The notes beneath the pieces were generated by a model. It had not been told where the DNA came from. It saw only the letters and a program-made list of their open reading frames with translations, and did no database searches. A program made the position numbers and the translations under genes. This document shows positions 59,411 to 64,000 of a stretch of DNA of 64,000 nucleotides, piece after piece. The stretch lies in the NCBI GenBank assembly GCA_965112155.1, contig OZ218103.1; one strand, given 5' to 3'. Position 1 is the stretch's first letter; every line of letters starts with the position of its first letter. This stretch comes from Podarcis liolepis (taxonomy: Eukaryota).

Positions 59411-59966
59411 TATATTTCGACATCAACCCTTCAGAACATTTTCGGTCACCTGTCTTCTAGTCCAATGGATGAAAGTCATCTGGGGTAAAGAAGTATGATA
59501 TTGATATATGTCCTTATGGGGTTCAACTTGACCTCCTATCATGGCTGTTTTGAGGGACCATAACCAAATGTTCCTCGACACCTTTTATAGCTCCATCTTT
59601 TCAAAATGATAAAGACAATGCCCCACCCCAGGATCCAGCTGGGATTTTTCTGCTTACAGCAGTTTGCCAGAGAAGAGGCTTCAGTTATCAGATACCAACA
59701 GCTGGGTGGACTCTTTGGGGCTGGGAGGAGCATCCTTCAAAGCCAGCATGCCGGAAATGGATATGGGGAACTCTCAGGATCCTTTTCTGCAACAAACCTA
59801 CTTGGTGCTAGAACAAGGGCAGAATCTTGGCTTCCAGAACAAAAGTTTAAATAAGGATTTAACAGAATGGACACAAGAAAACCAGAGTAACTTCGGGCTA
59901 TGCCCTGTACCATCCAAGCTCAATAGAAAAGGTAGACATGTAGAAAAGAAGCACTAAGGTCTATAC

Positions 59967-60148
59967 CAGCCATGTCCAAAGTCCGTTTCGGGGGCCTAAT
60001 CAGGCTCGCCGGTCAGTTTAATCCGGCCCCTGTAGCAGTTTACCTCAACAACATCAATCCTAAAAAAAGGTTAACAACTTTGGTCGGCCCTCAAAGCCCT
60101 TCACTTCATCAAATATGGCCCTCTTTGAAAAAAGTTTGGACACCACTG
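59967..60148. mobile_element. Short non-autonomous hAT element
   Basis: 8-bp TSD GTCTATAC (59959-59966, 60149-60156); imperfect TIRs cagccatgtccaaagt / agtttggacaccactg. Confidence 0.8.
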
Positions 60149-63100
60149 GTCTATACTATAGGAACATTCCAACCTTTCCTGCAAGTCTCTCATTCACACT
60201 TTGCCCCAGCAAATGGTTGCAGACAGTGGACAGTTTTGCTTTCTAATCTCTTCCTTGTGGAGACTTGAGTAGAATATCCTTTGGGTTGCTGGCCCAGTTT
60301 ATAAGGGCAGACTGAAATTAGTAGAAGTTCCTTTAAATTGGCCTTACCCCGCAGAAACCTCAAATAGAATGGCAACTGATCTACATGGACAAATAACCAT
60401 CCACTTCTCAAGTTGAGTCACACCCTTGCTATCTTCCCACCTTTCTAAGGGCTCAATTGATGACAGTAAGAGGATGTAAGACCCAATTAGAAGGGAAACC
60501 TGGGCCTTTCACTTGCTGTTTTCTCTCACCTTTGCATTACGAACCTGAGCAGAAAACATAATTTAGTTCAGTCAGAACTGAAGTTTGGGGTCTCTTATTA
60601 GACCATTTGCATGGACTTACTATGCTTGTGTGATCTGCGACACCACAAACTGTTCAAAGTTCATTGCTCCCACATTGTATCACCAACTACCCTGGTCACA
60701 AACAAAGCAGGACACTCCTCTCCTACTCTGCATGCCTGCATCCTAAAAGTCAGATGATTTGGGTCAAGTGGCATGGAAATCTTCCCCATGAGAGACTGCT
60801 CTTAGGAAGCCCAAGCCAGCACCACAGCCAGCTGATCAAGATTCCATAATTTCTGGTTTCTCCATAGGAGGGACTGTGTGGGTGAACTGTTTAGCTCTGA
60901 TCACCTTATAAATGAGAAGCCTCAGCTTAAGTAAAAGTATAGCTCTTAGGGTCAGTAAATCAACTCAAGTATTTCAAGTCAAGCTTCTCTTGAGTAGATG
61001 GAGCTTTAATGAAGGACACAGCACTCCCCACAGCTTGCAATATCTGATCTACATAGTTTAAGAAAGAAAGTGTACTAAAATGAAATCTGTGTGCTCTTAA
61101 AGCCTCTGCTGCAGAGTTCCCTGGTCCTGGTTAATTGATCTTTGGGCTCAACTTCAGGGTGACAAAAGGTGGACCTAAACATCAACAAAATGTCTTGAGC
61201 AGTGGGTGCTGGCCCAAAGACTGCTACATTGTCTGCTTGCATAATGTCTGTGTGTGTCCTGGCCCAGACTCTGTAGCGCTAACCACAAACCCCTCTGATC
61301 CAGGGCATGGAAAACTGCCATATTCAAGTGAGAACCTGTCCAAAGAACATATGAAAAGCTATTCACTGATTTGGAAGCAGGGCAGTGGCCCTTCCCTTGG
61401 CCCTCCAAAGCTCATTCTTCTGACAAAACACTCATCAACCAATCCTTTTGATACTCTAGCTACCTGTACCAGCACAAAGTGACCTCAACTGGGACATAAA
61501 AATACTCCTAGAACTTCTCTCATCATCAGCCCAACAACAAGAAGTGTGACTGACTCAGGCGCCCCACTGTGACAGATGCAGTCCTAGGTGCCATCTCCAC
61601 AAGCCATATTATGGAGCCTGGTGCATAATAAGTGCTTTGTTCTCTCTCTTCTTCTTGGAAATCTTTTGAAGAGACAACTGATGGAAAGAGATAACCCAAA
61701 CCTTGCTGTGGAACTGGTACTAGATGCTCAGCAGGGTATTAGTGTTCATTCTTTCATTTTTCTAATTTGAAAAGATCATAATAGGGGAGTAAGACTTATT
61801 CTATATTCATCTCAATAAATTCATCAGACTTTAACTTTTTGCATGGAAACTAGATGATTAAATGACATCTATTCCCCCCCCCCAATAAATAGTGCTATCT
61901 GTATCCAGCCTTGCTCTTTGGGTTCAGTCATAGTGTGAGTGCTGCAGTCTTGATAAACAAGCAAAGTGGAACCAGGTTTCATGAAATCCAGAGGGAAAAA
62001 CCTCTTCTCTTGACAGTGTTACACATAACTTGGATAATTGCCTTTTAAAATCGGAGGATATCCTTGAAAGAACTACCTAATCTGTCATGATCTGGACTCA
62101 GGAGAATAGTTCCTCAAAGAGGACTTCTTCAAGGACACAATTCAAAGCCTTGGAAATAAAAAAAAATGGACCTTTCTGCCTCAAAAGTGAATACAAAGAC
62201 AAATTTGTTCTACAATAGAGAGAGTTTCACTGGCTTTGGGAGTAGATTCTCTATCTTAGAAGCGCCAATGGGCCTCTTGTATGTATTCCCACCTCTTACT
62301 GATCCTAGGCAAGGTGCTTTGCAATAAGGTAAGAGACTTGGGTGATCTCAGTCACCCTGTATTTATCCCATGGATTGTGGATTCACAACTTATGGGAGTG
62401 GATTCACAACCTACTGTGTTCCAAAACCCAGTAGCTTATCCACATCTGTACATTCTGAATCTGACCACTTGGTGCCCTAAGCCAGGAGCATACAAGGTCT
62501 TTGGTATTTGATGTGATATTCACTAAGACAGTCCACTAACAGAATTTATGAAGCTAGCTGGAGGACATTTGTGTCAAAACCCTATTAAGGGTTGGCCCAA
62601 TACAATTTGGCACCTGAGGCAAACCACAAAACACTGCTCCCCACCCCACCCCGCCAGGGAAGAAGGGGTAGGTGAAGATCTACACAGGAACAAGGAAGTA
62701 ATAAATATTTACATCAGGATCTGTTGCCTCTGTGGAACCTGCCACCTGAGGTGGTCATCTAACCTTGCCTCATAGGTGGGCCAGTCCTAGCCCTAGTCCC
62801 CCACATCCTAGATTTTCTACAAGATGGGATATAAAGGCCTTCTGCCAAATACTCTGAAGAGGTAAAGGTGGTAACTTTGAAGAGTGTTATCTACAACAGC
62901 CAACCACAGAGAATATTTGGTGCTTCCATAGATTTTGGAGTGACACATAAGAAAAATTGGAGAAACAACTACTGGAAAAGGAAAAAAATATAGGAGGACA
63001 GGCAAACAGGTAGCAAGCAGACACAAGACTTAGTTGGTGGGAGGGCCTGACTTAATGGGGCATAAGTTCTGCAGGCCTGATCTAAAACCATATGAGGCAA

Positions 63101-64000
63101 ACTAAGGTCATTAATTAGGATAGGTATGAACAGCAGAACAGATAAATCAGAAACAAAAAAATAAGGTCTAAACATCAAGTGAAAAGGGAAAAAAAGGAGA
63201 ATGCTTGTTCTGAAGGACGAGAAAAATAATTTAAAATTTGCAGCAGGACTAGGGCTACAACCACATCATACCTCTTATATATTACAAACCACTACAAATC
63301 TGTGAAAGGTGAACTTGGGATGAGCATAAATAAATGCATAAACATGAACTGTTGCTTTTTTCTGCTGTAGGATAAATGATGTCCTCTTTGCTGCTCTTTC
63401 CCTGCTTCAGGTACCCTTTCCACCTTTAATATCCCTTCAACTGTCTTGTCCATTTATACTCTTAGACATTTGTTCTGTGCCTTATTATTTTACTATTGCT
63501 CATTATTATTTGTATACCTATTTTTTAAATTTGAAAATCTGCTGGGATGTGGCTTTTTAATTTTACATTGCACACAGCATTCTGCACAGCTGGCTTCTGC
63601 TGGAAAATAGCAGAGACCATTTATGCAAAGCTTGATCCTCATGGAATATTGCATGTATGACTAAAATAGGATGGGTACAGTTTCACAGTGCAATCCTATA
63701 CATGCCTGTTCAGAAGGAATTCCCAGAGTTCAATAGGCTTATTCCCAGATAGATGTTTATAGGATTGCAGCTCAAACCACACTAATTATGCACATATGTA
63801 TGCATCCTTCATTAACTGAATATTCACACAAGGGATCGTGAGAAATAAAAACTTAAAGTCCAGTAAAAGAGAAATAAAACAGCTATCTTTAATAAAAGAA
63901 ATCATGAACCAATATTGTTCCTAAGAAATGTACTACTTAGGAAATTCAGTGTGATAAAATATCATGTAAGTTATTGCTGTAGTGTGGTATTTTGCTTTAA

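Overview
Vertebrate genomic DNA, most likely a squamate; the SINE, MITE, hAT and Penelope repertoire suggests a lacertid lizard (inference). The window holds two convergent, spliced protein-coding genes. On the + strand are the last 17 coding exons of the HECT E3 ligase HECTD3 (707-11472; 608 aa in one open spliced frame). On the - strand are 21 coding exons (exon 3 to the end) of the Hedgehog receptor PTCH2 (46205-22901). I did not find PTCH2 exons 1-2; they probably lie beyond base 64000. Most supplied ORFs are spurious or exon-plus-intron read-through. Between the two 3' ends lies an unexplained CpG island (~13.4-14.7 kb). Introns carry many transposon relics. The most notable observations are: (1) a Penelope-derived minimal hammerhead ribozyme motif in sense orientation in PTCH2 intron 2; (2) a 1.44-kb intact non-autonomous hAT element with a CpG-island-like, apparently captured interior; (3) a MITE carrying an ETS/CRE/NRF1-like motif cluster just upstream of PTCH2 exon 3; (4) a PTCH1-like C-terminal exon that mammalian PTCH2 lacks; (5) intronic GLI consensus sites. 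I see no evidence for a wholly new multi-gene system.
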